The translations under genes and the position numbers were made by a program. Under the pieces are notes generated by a model, which was given only the letters and a program-made list of their open reading frames with translations, did no database searches and was not told the origin of the DNA. A stretch of DNA of 64,000 nucleotides from assembly GCF_006345805.1 (NCBI RefSeq), contig NC_043005.1:77376001-77440000 (forward strand), read 5' to 3'. Of this stretch, positions 38,728-52,324 are shown one piece after another (position 1 is the first letter of the stretch; each line of letters opens with the position of its first letter). The stretch comes from Octopus sinensis. Taxonomy: Eukaryota.

Positions 38728-39630
38728 CGGAGAGAAACCCAAAAGAATCCGGAATTTTGCAATATTATTTTTATTCACTTTTACATGTTTACACTTTTAT
38801 CGCCTTCACAGTATTCTCAGTTTGAAGCAATGCATCGGTCCAGGCGCGTTTTTCACTGTTCGAAGCGGTGCTAGAACTCTTGTTATGTGATGCATTTTAA
38901 CACTTTCGTCGTTTTTTTTTCTTCACCTCTTCCACATCTGTAAATTCAGTAGCACCAGCTTTCGACACCAGTGATGACCTTCGAAAAAATGGTCCGGACC
39001 AGCTTCCAGCTGTTCTTTCAGTTGATGACACGCATTTACTTGTGACTGCTTTCGATATCCCGTGAGCAAGCAAGACGCAAATTTTGCTGCAACTCTTTTC
39101 ATCTGCTATTCCTCATTCAAAATCCGTTGGCAAGACCTCCAAGGCACGCCAGTCATATGAACAAGTTTGTCAATTGTTCGGCGACAGTCCTCCAAGATCA
39201 GTTCATGAATTTTCATGCTATTATTCGTTCGGGAGGTCGACGATCGTCCTGAAATGAGGCTGGTCTTCAACCAAAAGGTGACCATTCCTAAAGAGTGGAA
39301 ACCACTCGTAAACTTGTGTTTTGCTCATGGTAGCGCCCTTTTAAAGTGTTTGAAGCATGACAACTGTTTCGGCCACCGCTTTGCCCAGCAGAAAACAGAA
39401 TTTCACAGAAGCACGCTGTTCCTTCGTTTCAGCCATCGCAAAACTCGACGAAAAGGGGAGAAGCAGTGTAAAACAAAGACGCACCACGTGACAGTACGAC
39501 CCAATGGAACGACGCCGGTCGGCAGACTGACGCCTCAAAGCGGCATGAAGTGGCTTCTGGCGGCGGAAGCCTGAACTACAACAGGACGTCCCACAAAGAA
39601 CGTTTTCGATTAATTTTAAGTACAACCTCG
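38728..39630 (-). mobile_element. Mariner transposon with an internal deletion of the catalytic domain
   Basis: ATG at 39436: MAETKEQRASVKFCFLLGKAVAETVVML...MSKTQVYEWF (HTH). Sequence then jumps to the C-terminal FTDVEEVKKKTT...RLDRCIASN..Y.EGD. Confidence 0.85.
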
Positions 39631-39914
39631 GTGGTCAAATGAACTGCTAGAAAAAGCTGCATACAGCCATATCACACTCTGGAAAAAGGAAAAGTATTGA
39701 GCAATGTAATCTTGAATACAATATTCTCTTTTATTGTTGTATTCTATTATTCTGCTGTTGGACTGCCGCTAACGATTAAAACCAGGAAAATGGGGTTCCA
39801 CAAGAAATAATGGGGAGCCTTCGACTTTTTCTATCCGTGGGCTTTTTCAGCCCAATATATACGTGTTATTATTCATAGCTTTATCTACTACAAGCTCCAC
39901 CAATAAAAACAATG

Positions 39915-40560
39915 TATGTATGTATGCATGTATGTGTACGTATGTATGTATGTATGTCATTATTCAGTTTTACTTCAAAATTTCTTACCAATAGAAAAAG
40001 AGCCGGTTTCTATCCAAGGTCCAAGGCCCATTCATAAAAATTTCAACAATATCAACAGGGTATTTTTGTATGTATGTATGTATATGCGCAAATTTGTATG
40101 TTTTGTTATGCATATAGTTGCATATTTAGACATGCTCATATATACTTAAATGATAAACTTCTGGAAAGTTTTACAGATTTTCACATCCCAGTGATGGCTT
40201 CGATCTGCAGTCTTCGAATAGTTTTCTCCTTTCTGTTTTTGAGAAGCTGAATTTCTCAAGATTGGCATTTAGGCAGTGTGTTACATATCTCAGTACCCCA
40301 ATAACTACAGGCATAAACCTGAACTTGCAACCTGGATAAAGTAGCTATAGATTCTTCAATAGTTCAGCGTAGCTATTTTCGTTTTCACTGATCTTTAGCT
40401 TTATGTTAACATCAGTTGGGAAGCTGATTTCCACAACTGTACACAGTTTCTCTTCTCTATCCCAAATTACAATGTGAGGTCTATGTATGCATGTATGTAT
40501 GTATGTATTATGTATATATGTGTTGTGGAAGGATCTTGAACGGCCCACCCAACCCACCCA
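39915..40560 (-). mobile_element. R4/Dong-like LINE 3' end (REL endonuclease domain, 3' UTR, (CATA)n tail)
   Basis: HN[microsatellite]RPHIVIWDREEKLCTVVEISFPTDVNIKLKISENENSYAELL...FMPVVIG fits the RPD-x-E-x-K-Y REL signature. Confidence 0.75.
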
Positions 40561-40569
40561 CCCACCAGT

Positions 40570-43170
40570 GGCAGCGTTGATTGTTCGTATTGGTTTACTG
40601 TGTTAGTTTAATATCGTATCTACGTTTGGCGTGGTACTGAACACGTTGTGTGTAAACAAATAATTCTGTGAAAGGTTATTGTAGATAACCATATCCAAGC
40701 ATTTATTTAGGTAATGATATTCCTATATCCTTGTGCACACCCCAACGTCGTCTTGACATTATTGGCGATGAGATATTCAAACCCCCGAAGACATAACCAT
40801 TAGCGACGAGGATATTCGAGCCTAAGCTAAATATATTGTTATTTGGAACATGGATATATTTTTAAATCTCTCTGAGTGATTTATGCAGTAACAACACGAT
40901 AAAGTAATGGTATGTTGTTAACTTTATGGGACTGTCACATTAAATTCACAACATGTGATCGCTTTAACACCATATATATTTAAATGTTTCATTTTCGTGC
41001 AAGGTTTAACGGCAAAGAAAGACGCAGAAATTCATCACCGAATTCTGACAAAATTAGAACAGAATCAGAAGCTAACTCTATAAAAGATATCTGAGGAATG
41101 CCAGAGTATAAAAAACCTGAGGCTTGATACGGAGCAAATTGAAGTGAGAAACTGCTCTCATATACATCCGGGTCGACCGAAAGTAAGAAATGAAAAGCAG
41201 AAAATTAATTCACATATACAATCAGTAACAACCGAAAGTAAGTCATGAAAGGCAGAAAATTAACCCATGTTTTAGATGTGAATAACTACACAACAGATTC
41301 AACTATCCTTATAAAAGTTGAGAAATCTTCAAGTGTGGTAACATAGGTCATAAAAGATAACAGTAAAACAAAACCTAAAAAGTGGTTCAACAGAAAAACT
41401 CATGTAAACCGTTTGTCGGTGACAAGAAATACGAACGAGGCTCAAAGGAATTTTGTGTAAGTAAAAATTAGTTATACAAAAGTAAAATTACAGTGAAAGA
41501 GAGGTAGTGACATTAATTTAATTAATGGAAACACATGGCAAAAAATCGAGAAACTTACACTACAGAAAACATCGAAAATTGCCCGTGGTGTCTCGGGGAT
41601 TAAATTAACTTTTAAAGACGAAACTATTTGTAACGTTATATTTCGCAGTAAGACTATAAAAGCGAAAGCATATGTATTAAAAAATCCAAGCAACCTTTTT
41701 TAACTGACTGGATGTAACTGTTCGACTTTTGGGATTCATTCATAAATTATTTTTGTAAAAATGAAATGGGGTCGTGTGCCAGTTCAAATACAATCAGAAA
41801 AGTTTTTAAAAGAAGTGCAGAGGTTGTTCCCTGATGTTTTCTAGGACGTGTTAGGTCGGTGCAATAAATTCAATGCCAAATTTCTGGTGAAAGAAAATGC
41901 ATTACCAATTTTCAATCCCAAACGTAATGTTCCGTTTGCAGCACTGAAACAGGTAAATAAATAATTAGACAGATTGGGAAAAAATGAGTGATTGAAAAGA
42001 TCGGTTACTCAGATTGAGCGAGTCCAAGTTTGTACGTTAAAAAGAACAATAAAATACGTGCTTACGCAGACGGGGCTAAACGACTTTAAAACAATATGAC
42101 TATCCATTACCTAGCTCAGAGCAAATTTTCGCGAAACTAAATGGTGGCAAATTGCTCTCAAAATTAAATCTGTCTGGTACCTACTTACAGATACAATCCA
42201 AGACAAACGTTCTGAGCTTCTCGCAATCAATACAGATGAAGGTCTGTGCAAGTTTAAGCGACTTCTGTTTGGCATAAAAGTTGCTCTAGCTATATTTCAA
42301 CAAGTGATGGATACGATGCTTTCAGGATATGACTCCGCATTGGCCTACCTGGATGATATATTAATTAAAATTGCATCCCGTGATCGGCATGTGGAGCCCG
42401 TAAGATATACGTTCGAAAAAATAAGGGATTACGGCTTCACACTAAGTGAGAAGTGTGAATTTTTCTTATCTAACAGTAAATATTTAGGACAAATCATTGA
42501 TAAAAATGGTCGTAGACCAGATCCGTCGAGGGCAGATACGATTGAAAATATGTCCTCTCCGACAAATATATCTACATCGACAAATATATCTATATCGACA
42601 AATATATTTGGGGACTTCCAAACTATTATCAAATTTATATATCAAATATGCATAATGTAACGGCTCCACTAAAAACTTTTCTGAAAAAAGATTTAAAATG
42701 GAATTGGTCTGAAAATTGTCAGAAGGCGTTCGACAATTTTTTTTTAAATTAACATCAGATTTGTCTTTAGCACATTTTGATCCTGCAGTGGAGAATGCAG
42801 TAGCTTCAGAGTACGGTATCGGAGCACTAATGCTACATAAATATAAAGATGGTAACATGAAGACCGTGATTCATGCCGCACGTCTGCTACTACCTGCAGA
42901 AAAAAAATGACAGCCAAATTGAAAAAGAGGCTCTGGCGATTATTTTTAACGTAAAAAAATTTCATAGATTTTTACATGGTAGAAAAGTTTGACTACAGAC
43001 TGATCACCGTCCTTTATTATCTATATATAGGTCGAAGAAAGCAATCCCTACGCATACTGTTAACAAGTTGCAACGCTAGGGTAATATATTACTAAACTAT
43101 GATTTTCAGATGGAGTTTATGCCATCTAAGAAATTAGGACACGCTTCGAAAAATATTGAACCTTTTGCTG
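40570..43170 (+). mobile_element. Ty3/Gypsy LTR retrotransposon remnant (putative LTR end and PBS, protease, RT, RNase H; no integrase or 3' LTR seen)
   Basis: ttgaca followed by tggcgatgag (40763-40772). Then VKLQ*..GSDI, PKRNVPFAAL, FQQVMDTMLSG...AYLDD (42346), CEFFLS..KYLGQII, ASEYGIGA and TDHRPL, with many stops and frameshifts. Confidence 0.9.
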
Positions 43171-44479
43171 TGAGGAGTGAAAAATTAAACGTTTCCGATT
43201 GTGTACTTCTTCAAGGAAAGGTTGAAAAATTACAAATAAGTGAGTGACGTAGAATTTTACGTCCTCTAATTTGCAGTCAGTTTTTTTTTCTTTAATTACA
43301 GTTCACTATACACTTTTTATCGATGTTACTACAAATTAATAGTTCCATATGAGACAGGCCAGCAAGGGACCAAGTGTCAACGTGACAATTTATATGGCCA
43401 TTAGCTCAACTAGAAATAGAACTTAAATCTCCCTATGATTACAAATTACTGTCTTAAAATCGTAAGACATGTTGACTATCTTAGTTGTTTTTTGTTTGTT
43501 TTTTTTAAATAGGCATACGCTAACAAGATTGATCTAGGCTCAAAGAGATGCAGCAGCTGCCATCATCACCATTGCTACCTGAAACGATAGTCAACGGGTT
43601 TTAAGATTATAAATATTTATCATTTAAGTTTTCAACATACCAAATATATATGTGTATTCATGTTACACAGGAAACGTAGATGTCCTTGTCATTTCTAACT
43701 GCATTTTAAACTGAATAAATCTACTTTCGTCTAATAGATTTTTTGTTTTCTTGCAAGCACAAAATATACAATTGATAACTTACTTAGACGGCTTCTCAGC
43801 ATTTTCAATATCTTGGTAATTTATTTCATATCTTCGTGGTTGCGTCTTCTATATTGATCCAAAAATTCCATTGAAAAATGATTTTATTTCCCCTTTTCAA
43901 AATTATTCTCTCTCTTTTAGTTTCTAGTCTGAGAAAAAATGGAGTTAGGGAGAAAGAAGAATAAAATCTCGTATCAGAATCTCTAAGAACGTACTCAAAA
44001 GTTTATCGTAAAGCTATAAAATACTTAAAATTGCAAATCGAGTAATATTTTGTATGGCTGCTGTCTCAAAAAAATACAAAATGTAAATGTTTTAAGAAAC
44101 CAATTCAATAGATACGAGAGACAAAGAATAACAATAAAAGAACAGTTAAGTCGATAGAAAATAATCTAGAATCAAATATACTTTTCTTTTGAGGATGGTA
44201 AAGGAATTAGTGAATAACCAGATAAAGATGAAAAAGAAGCTTTATGCTTAAACTCGTCATAAAAATTACTGGCCAACTACGCAATTCTATAAAGAAAAAT
44301 GGAGGAGTTCAAAAAGTGAATGTCATCTATGTTATTGAACAACTGAGGTGGATTCGGGTACATATAATTGATTAGTGTGTAACGTCTATATGCATGGTTG
44401 TCAGCTCGATGCGTGCATCTGATTGCGTTCTTACTTTCTATCCTTGTTTTCATTTTTGTATTGGCTGTGAGTGACTGAA

Positions 44480-44720
44480 TGATTGAGAGGGTGGGCGGGT
44501 GGATGAGAGAGAGTGATTGATAGAGTGAGTGAGCGAGTGGGAGGTTGGGGTTGGGTGAACCGTTGGATGAGTGATAAGAGATTGATTGATAGAGTTATTG
44601 ATAAAGTGAGTGGGTGAGTGAGCGAGTGGATGAGAGACAGTGATTGGTAGTGTGACTGACAAAGTGAGTGAGTGAGTGAGTGACCTGATGACTGACTGAC
44701 GGACTGAGTGACTGGTAGCA
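44480..44720. repeat. Degenerate (GAGT)/(TGAC)n low-complexity tract
   Basis: Direct reading. Confidence 0.8.
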
Positions 44721-44996
44721 TATGCATGTGTTTGTCTTAATGTGTAAATAATGGAATAAAGGACTCAATAGATGAAGGCATTTGCTTGAATACATGCGAA
44801 CAAGAAACTGTGCTACATCAGTGGTTGAGACTGTTATATTTTGTAGTTTGTATGGTTGCCTGCAAGACAGAATGTTCATAATTTCATATATACATACATA
44901 AATATATAAATACACACACACACACACACACACCACACACACACACATACACACACACACACATGCACACACACGCAGCTAGCTAGCTAGCTAGCT

Positions 44997-45347
<351 letters not shown>

Positions 45348-45732
45348 ATGTCTGTCTTTTTATGTTATAATATAAAGAGTTTTACATTAAATAGAAAGTT
45401 TATTAAATATATTTGATAGAGTATATATTTATTTTTCTTTTACGAGAATAATATTGTTAGTGATTTCGATGTTTGGGCGAACTAATACGCTGACCAACAA
45501 TATTTAAGGCTACCTACATATTCTCGAGAGTATCAGAACATTTAATTATTTGATTTTTCATACTAATATCACTGTGACATGCTTAAGTGGAAACAAACAG
45601 CATCCCAACATGAAGAGGGGGGGAACTATAAACAATACCAATCTGCCGGGCAATTAAACTTTAACACATACTTACGTTTTTTTGTGAACCTTTAAATAAT
45701 TATCCCCTAAATGCTGACATACCAAGTGGGGG

Positions 45733-46112
45733 AAGCACTCCGTCGGTTACGACGACGAGGGTTCTGGTTGATCCGATCAACGGAACAGCCTGCTCGTGAA
45801 ATTAACGTTCAAGTGGCTGAGCACTCCACAGACACGTGTACCCTTAACGTAGTTCTCGGGGATATTCAGCGTGACACAGGGAGTGACAAGGCCGGCTCTT
45901 TGAAATACAGGTTCAACAGAAACAGGAAGTAAGAGTGAGAGAAAGTTGTGGTGAAAGAGTATAGCAGGGATCACCACCATCTCTGCCGGAGACTCGTGGA
46001 ACTTTAGGTGTTTTCGCTCAATAAACACTCACAACGCCCGGTCTGGGAATCGAAACCGCGATCCTACGACCGCGAGTCCGCTGCCATAACCACTGGGCCA
46101 TTGCGCCTCCAC
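45733..46112 (-). mobile_element. Family C SINE, full length
   Basis: Reverse complement of the head gtggaggcgcaatggcccagtggtt... and of the tail ...cctcgtcgtcgtaaccgacggagtgc. Confidence 0.85.
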
Positions 46113-46484
46113 TAACATACCAAGTAACACCAAAATACAAAGATAGCTCACTGGGCTGATCTCTAAGATTTAACCTTCATAATCTCAAAACAGTTCCATT
46201 AATATCTGAACAAAACTAACAACCAAACGAAGAGCCAGATCTGCTGTCCAATAACCTAACTACATTCTTTTTGAACACCTATAACCTGATGATGACACAC
46301 GTAAAAATACACACCCAATTACAAACTTCTACATGCATGAATAACTTCTAACAATTCGCACTTCTCTAAATTTGATCAATAAAAATTGTCCATACCATAT
46401 GGTCACCAAAACCCACCATGCAGTCTTATTACTATTCAAGAGAACTTAGCTCACCATAGAAAATATTTAACTAAATATAGACTA

Positions 46485-46686
46485 CCGGGTGTCCACAAAG
46501 TCTGGGTACATGGACTAAATAAAATCATAACAATTAAATATAAGAAATAATTTCTTTAAGTAAGTGTTAATCCCCATGTGGGTACATGGAGCAAATATAA
46601 TCATAACATAAACAATTAAATATAAGAAATAATAATTCTTAAAGTATGTGTTAATCCCCATGTACCCAGACTTTGTGGACATCCTG
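46485..46686. mobile_element. Tc1/mariner-type MITE with TA TSD and an internal tandem duplication
   Basis: TA|ccgggtgtccacaaagtctgggtacatgg ... ccatgtacccagactttgtggacatcctg|TA (29-bp TIR, 2 mismatches). Confidence 0.9.
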
Positions 46687-47257
46687 TATATAAAGCCAAG
46701 ATAATCTTATATGAATTACAGTCCGACTTTGGCTTAGCTGGCCGAAACTTCGAATACTATTTCAATACTATTCTTGTCTGTCTGTTTTGTTTTATCACCC
46801 CACACAAAGAGGTTACTGGAGTTCTTGGAGAGGAAAATGTGTTCTTTAAAATCACGTTGGAAACAGTTTGTGTAATCGCCAAATTTCACTTTTGTATGAA
46901 ACTGTTCAGCTATTTCGAAAGATTGTACATCCTTGTTGCACGCAGTATTTCTCAGATAATTAAAACCGATGTGATGATCTGCTGGAGCGGAAGAATCGAT
47001 CATAGCTTTATCAAGAAAATATACTTTCCATTTCATGCATTTTAGCTACCTTTCAAATTTTTCGATGAGATTTTTCCTATAGATTTTTGTGGGAGGTAAA
47101 TCAGTACTCTTCAAAGATTTAGCATTTGGATACGTCTCACATCGTTTTAATGCCTACATTTTTATGCTTGCATAGATCAGACAAAATTCATTAACGTATA
47201 TTTTCTGTGTGCAGTTACCTTTCCAAGCAAAATAATATCTCACCATTGCTGGATTTA

Positions 47258-47311
<54 letters not shown>

Positions 47312-47422
47312 ATATATATATCATATATATACACACATACATACATACATACATACATACATACATACATACATACATACATACATACATACATACATAC
47401 ATACATACATACATACATACAT

Positions 47423-47968
47423 GGTGGCTACCCCCTCGTTATCGACTATGACTACTGCACGAAGTTTAACCAATGTTGTTATCGAGCAATGCCTGTGCAA
47501 GAAGATTTTTTAAAGTGAGGAAAGGCTGTGCACTGAGTGAATCCCACTCACTAAGCAACAGCAGCCATAATCCGAAAAGAAGAAGTCAACATCGTCGGTA
47601 ACCACTGAGCCGCAGGTTTTACGTCGGAGTTATGCCAGTTACCCGAGTTACCTTCTCCTAGAAGGATGCCCTAATAAAAGCTAGGAGTCCTTCACTCCCA
47701 ATGGTTTAACCGCGCGATCGAGTATTCAGTCCGATTATTTCTATGTCCCCGCGCATGATACAGCCTAAAGGCATTCATTGGATGACTGTTAAATCTCAAG
47801 AGTTCCTCCGCCCTTTGACGGGTTTTGATTTTCATCCCGCAGGGTGTCCAATAAACACCCTCCTCAACAAGCAAGCTTGGTGGGGTTCCGGTCTAGTCGC
47901 CGACGACCCGACCATGCAACAGGTTGTACTGGGTTACATGTTACCAGTAGCACTTGAAAGTGACCTGA
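47423..47968 (-). mobile_element. 546-bp non-autonomous retroelement (RTE-like ends) embedded in (CATA)n
   Basis: Relatively GC-rich island between two (CATA)n tracts. The minus strand has gggcatccttctaggagaaggtaactc, similar to a recalled RTE 5'-UTR motif. No RT ORF. Confidence 0.5.
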
Positions 47969-48038
47969 CATACATACATACATACATACATACGTACGTA
48001 CGTACGTACGTACATACATACATACATACATACATACA

Positions 48039-48070
<32 letters not shown>

Positions 48071-49164
48071 GATAGATAGGTAAGTAGATAAAGTATGTTT
48101 ATATATACATATATATATATATTATTTATATATACATATGTATGTTCATACATATACTTTTATACGTATTTAAACGTGAAGTTTGTGTGTTTGCGTGCGT
48201 CCGTTTTTAATGACACTGATTGAGAATATCGATATTATGGTTAAGGAGAAAATTCAATACAAACACTCTCACAAATACGTAATATAGTGATTTGAAGCAA
48301 TTTAATTGGATGAATCTCAGTTAAACGAGGTTTTATGTATCCCTATATCACATGAATTAATTAAAATACATACCTACATATGCAGAAGGAAGGACGGAAT
48401 TAAAAAAAAAACATGCAGTATCGCTTTAGAGCGTATATAATTCTGACATAAATGCTGAGTAGTTAGAGTAAATAAGGGATTAAGAAATAATCTCTAATCC
48501 TTTATTTACACTAATTTCTCTGCAATTATGTCTGATTTATAAATTACGTAGTTTCTAAATTATCGCGTGTGTAATGAACATAGATAGTATTATGAGGGGA
48601 GATGTTCTCCGATGACGAAACGCAACATCTATATGTATATCTTGTTCGAATATGCCAGAGTGTATTGAGAATGAAAAGATATGTTAAGGTAATGTACAAT
48701 TTGATGAGATCTTCAAGAAATTAATAAACATTAACTGCTCCGTTGTTTCTAAATTATTTAGAACTTAAATTCATATTACTTAGTTCAATGTTGCTACTGA
48801 TGTGGTGTTGCTCTTGTTATTGATGTTGTTGCTGCTGCTGTTGTTTACCCCAGAATTCCCTGACCGGAAATCTTCAATCCAGCCCACTAATTCTTTACTT
48901 CAAACATAGTATATTCAGGAATACACTATACAATATATCACTTATTTTAGAAGAGAGTAATTATCATTCCATCGGTCTCTTTCAGAAACAAACCAATACC
49001 GGTGGTCAAGCGGTGAGGTGGGGTGGAGTCAAACACAAGCACAAATACACACACATACACAAATCCAAACACACACACATGCGCAAATGCAAACACACAC
49101 GCACACACACACACCACAGACACACAGACAAACACACACACACTAACATATATATATATCTTTG

Positions 49165-49566
49165 TTGCCCACAGGGGCTAAACACAGAGAGGACAAACAA
49201 GGACAGACAAACGGATTAAGTCGATTATATCGACCCCAGTGCGTAACTGGTACTTATTTAATCGATCTCGAAAGGATGAAAGGCAAAGTCGACCTCGGTG
49301 GAATATGAACTCAGAACGTAGCGGCAGACGAAATACATATTTCTTTACTACCCACAAGGAGCTAAACACAGAGGGGACGAACAAAGACAGACAAACGGAT
49401 TAAGTCGATTACATCGACCCCCAGTGCGTAACTGGTACTTAATTTATCGACCCCGAAAGTATGAAAGGCAAAGTCGACCTCGGCGGAATTTGAACTCACA
49501 ACGTAACGGCAGACGAAATACCGCTAAGCATTTCGTCCGGCGTGCTAACGATTCTGCCAACTCGCC
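49165..49566 (-). mobile_element. Dimeric family B SINE
   Basis: Same duplicated body and junction (gacgaaatac..atttctttactacccacaagg) as 3051-3414. Confidence 0.88.
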
Positions 49567-49819
49567 ACCATTACACACTAACATATATATTTTAGCTGCT
49601 TCACTTTCTCAGTATGGGTTTTTATTCGTATTCATAACAACTCAAGTTGCTAACAGTTAGCTATAAAAAAGATATTCTTCAGCTTATCGAACTTCCACAT
49701 GAGAAAGGCCGGCAACCTTCGACGCCAATAAAATATCATTGTTCCGGAAGGCTGTTTTATATACATACCACAGACTGGTTGACGCTTACAAACTTCCTTA
49801 GATCCTTGGATCATATAGT

Positions 49820-49867
<48 letters not shown>

Positions 49868-49943
49868 GTGTGTGTGTGTGTGTGTGACGGGCTTCTTTCA
49901 GTTCCTTTTAACCACATTTACTCTTAAACAGTAGGTTGGTCCA

Positions 49944-50260
49944 GGACGCATGGCTCAGTAGTTACAACGTCGAACTTACGACCGTGAGGTTGTGAGTACG
50001 AATCACGGACCAGGCTGCGTGTTGTGTTCTTGAGCAAGACACTTTATTTCACGTTGCTCCAGTTCACTCAGCTGTAGAAATGAGTTGCGACGTCATTGGT
50101 GCCAAGCCGTATCGGCTTTTGCCTTTCCCTTCGATAACATCGGTAGCGTGGAGGGGGAGGCTGCTATGCATGGGCGACTGCTGGCCTTCCATAAACAACC
50201 TTACCCGGACCTGTGCAATACCATGGTCATTCGTGACCAAAGGCGGTCTCCGGTCCGGGA
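49944..50260 (+). mobile_element. tRNA-headed SINE (family C/D head, different tail)
   Basis: gacgcatggctcagtagtt...gtacgaatcacgg...ttgagcaagacactttatttcacgttgctccag. Confidence 0.7.
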
Positions 50261-51120
50261 CTATAGTAGAAAACATTGGCTCCGGTGTGCCGCACGGTGG
50301 GACTGAACCCAAAATGAAGTGGTTGGGAAGCATACTTCTTACCTCACAGCCACGTCGAGGCCAAAAACTGTTTAAGAGGGATGACAAGCTATTTGAGATT
50401 GCTTAGGTAAAAGTGCCACTAATTCAATCACGCTCTGAGAAGCGTGATTGAGTTATATATTGAAACCGTCTTAAATCTAACATATTTTATATTGCTGATT
50501 AAGTTAATTTTATTTCTTTTTGAAATGCAAGCCTTGACACTTTAGTAAATAATGTGTTATATTTAAAGAAGTCAGCAAGTTTAAAATGCGTGCAAAAATC
50601 TGTTCCATAATTTGAGTTGAACCATATGTTAGATAAGTCGATAAGTAGGCTAGCATTTCACAATACCCACGAGTTAAAGATACGTTTCTGGTTAGTCTCG
50701 CTACTACTGAATCTGCATAATCAATGCGTTTATCTTATTAACTAATATTGAAACTATTGATATAGATCAAATACTGCAATGGAAAAAGAGGAACAAAAAG
50801 ACTACATAACAAAATAATGTAAATTAAAAAGAAAATGACGAAGTAGAAACAGAATATTCGAGACAAAATCGACAACGTTTATAATTTTTCGGGAAGGAAA
50901 AGATTTCATCTGGAAATTTCACTTTCATTTTAAGTTAATGAATTCAGATACTTCGACAGTGATATCCGCCATTTTATATATATATATATATATAATCCGT
51001 ACGTGAAAATGATATAGTGTATACACACTCATATATCTATACACACACATACATATGTGTGTATATATATGTTTTCGTCCAGCAAATATATATATATATA
51101 TATGTTTTCGTCTAGCAAAC

Positions 51121-51204
<84 letters not shown>

Positions 51205-51509
51205 ATATAAATATATGTATGTATATATATATATATATATATAGATATATACACGTGTGTATGTATGTATATATGTATGTATGTTTGTATAGATGTATGT
51301 ATGTATTTATGTGTCTGTGTGTGTACGTATGCATTACGAAAAGAGAGGGAGAAACACTGAGAGAAAAATAAAGAACAGATCAAAGAAATCCAGTTATAAA
51401 CAACTGACAAATTATCGATTATTGATTATCTTCTTTGAAGTTCGAACACTAAACACCAATTACAAGGGGTACTTCTCTCGCTCACCTACTCTCATTCTCA
51501 CTCTCTTTC

Positions 51510-51557
<48 letters not shown>

Positions 51558-52324
51558 TCTCAATCATTCACTCTGTCTTTTCGTCTAGCAAACGTGTTCT
51601 TCAGAATGGAATGGTATGAAATGGTATGAAATGATAAATGTGGCACCAGGTTACAAATAAATTAGACATTTCCGCATGTATGATTCTGATCATTCATTAA
51701 TCTTAGTTGTGTCGAATTTCATGACAAGTCAGCCGTAGCAACACAAATTCTTCTCAGAAATAGATATTAATGTATTATATTCCTTTTAGTAGTTACCAAA
51801 AATATGCTTCTCATTTAACGGTATTTACCACGTGAATAACTAAAAAATCATTAGCATTTTTTCATTCTTTGTTTTCTATCTGTTTGGTGACCTTTCATAG
51901 TGACAACGTATAATGGATGAGATACAGATATCGGATTACAAAAGACGATCTCTAAAATATAGGATTGCGTTTTCATTCAACAGGAGCTTATCTCTCGTGG
52001 TTTATCGATGTTTGTAGAGAATCAAAGGGATCTACATTGACCGGATCATGAAGTCAGATGTGTGGTATCAAGGAAAGAAAGAAAAATCCCTCTCCTACAA
52101 TCCGGAGCCAGCTACAGTTGCCTTCTCTCCCATGTAACGCTAGCCCAACATTCGTCACATCGGCGGTTTAATACAAGCTTCGCAACTGGCGAAATGAGCC
52201 AATGAGAAATCTTGGATGCAATTCCTTCATATACTCAAACTTCATAACCGTGGCGTCGTAAATAAGGAAAATTGCATAGAGGTAATTAACAAAACAACTA
52301 AGATTGTGTGTGCTGATGATTTTT

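Noticed and set aside
48600-48630. agatgtt-ct-ccgatga-c-gaaacgc-aacatct as a hammerhead
   Set aside because: Stem II is absent and the core is altered; could be chance.
50064-50406. Overlapping ~108-aa ORFs
   Set aside because: They lie within SINE sequence.
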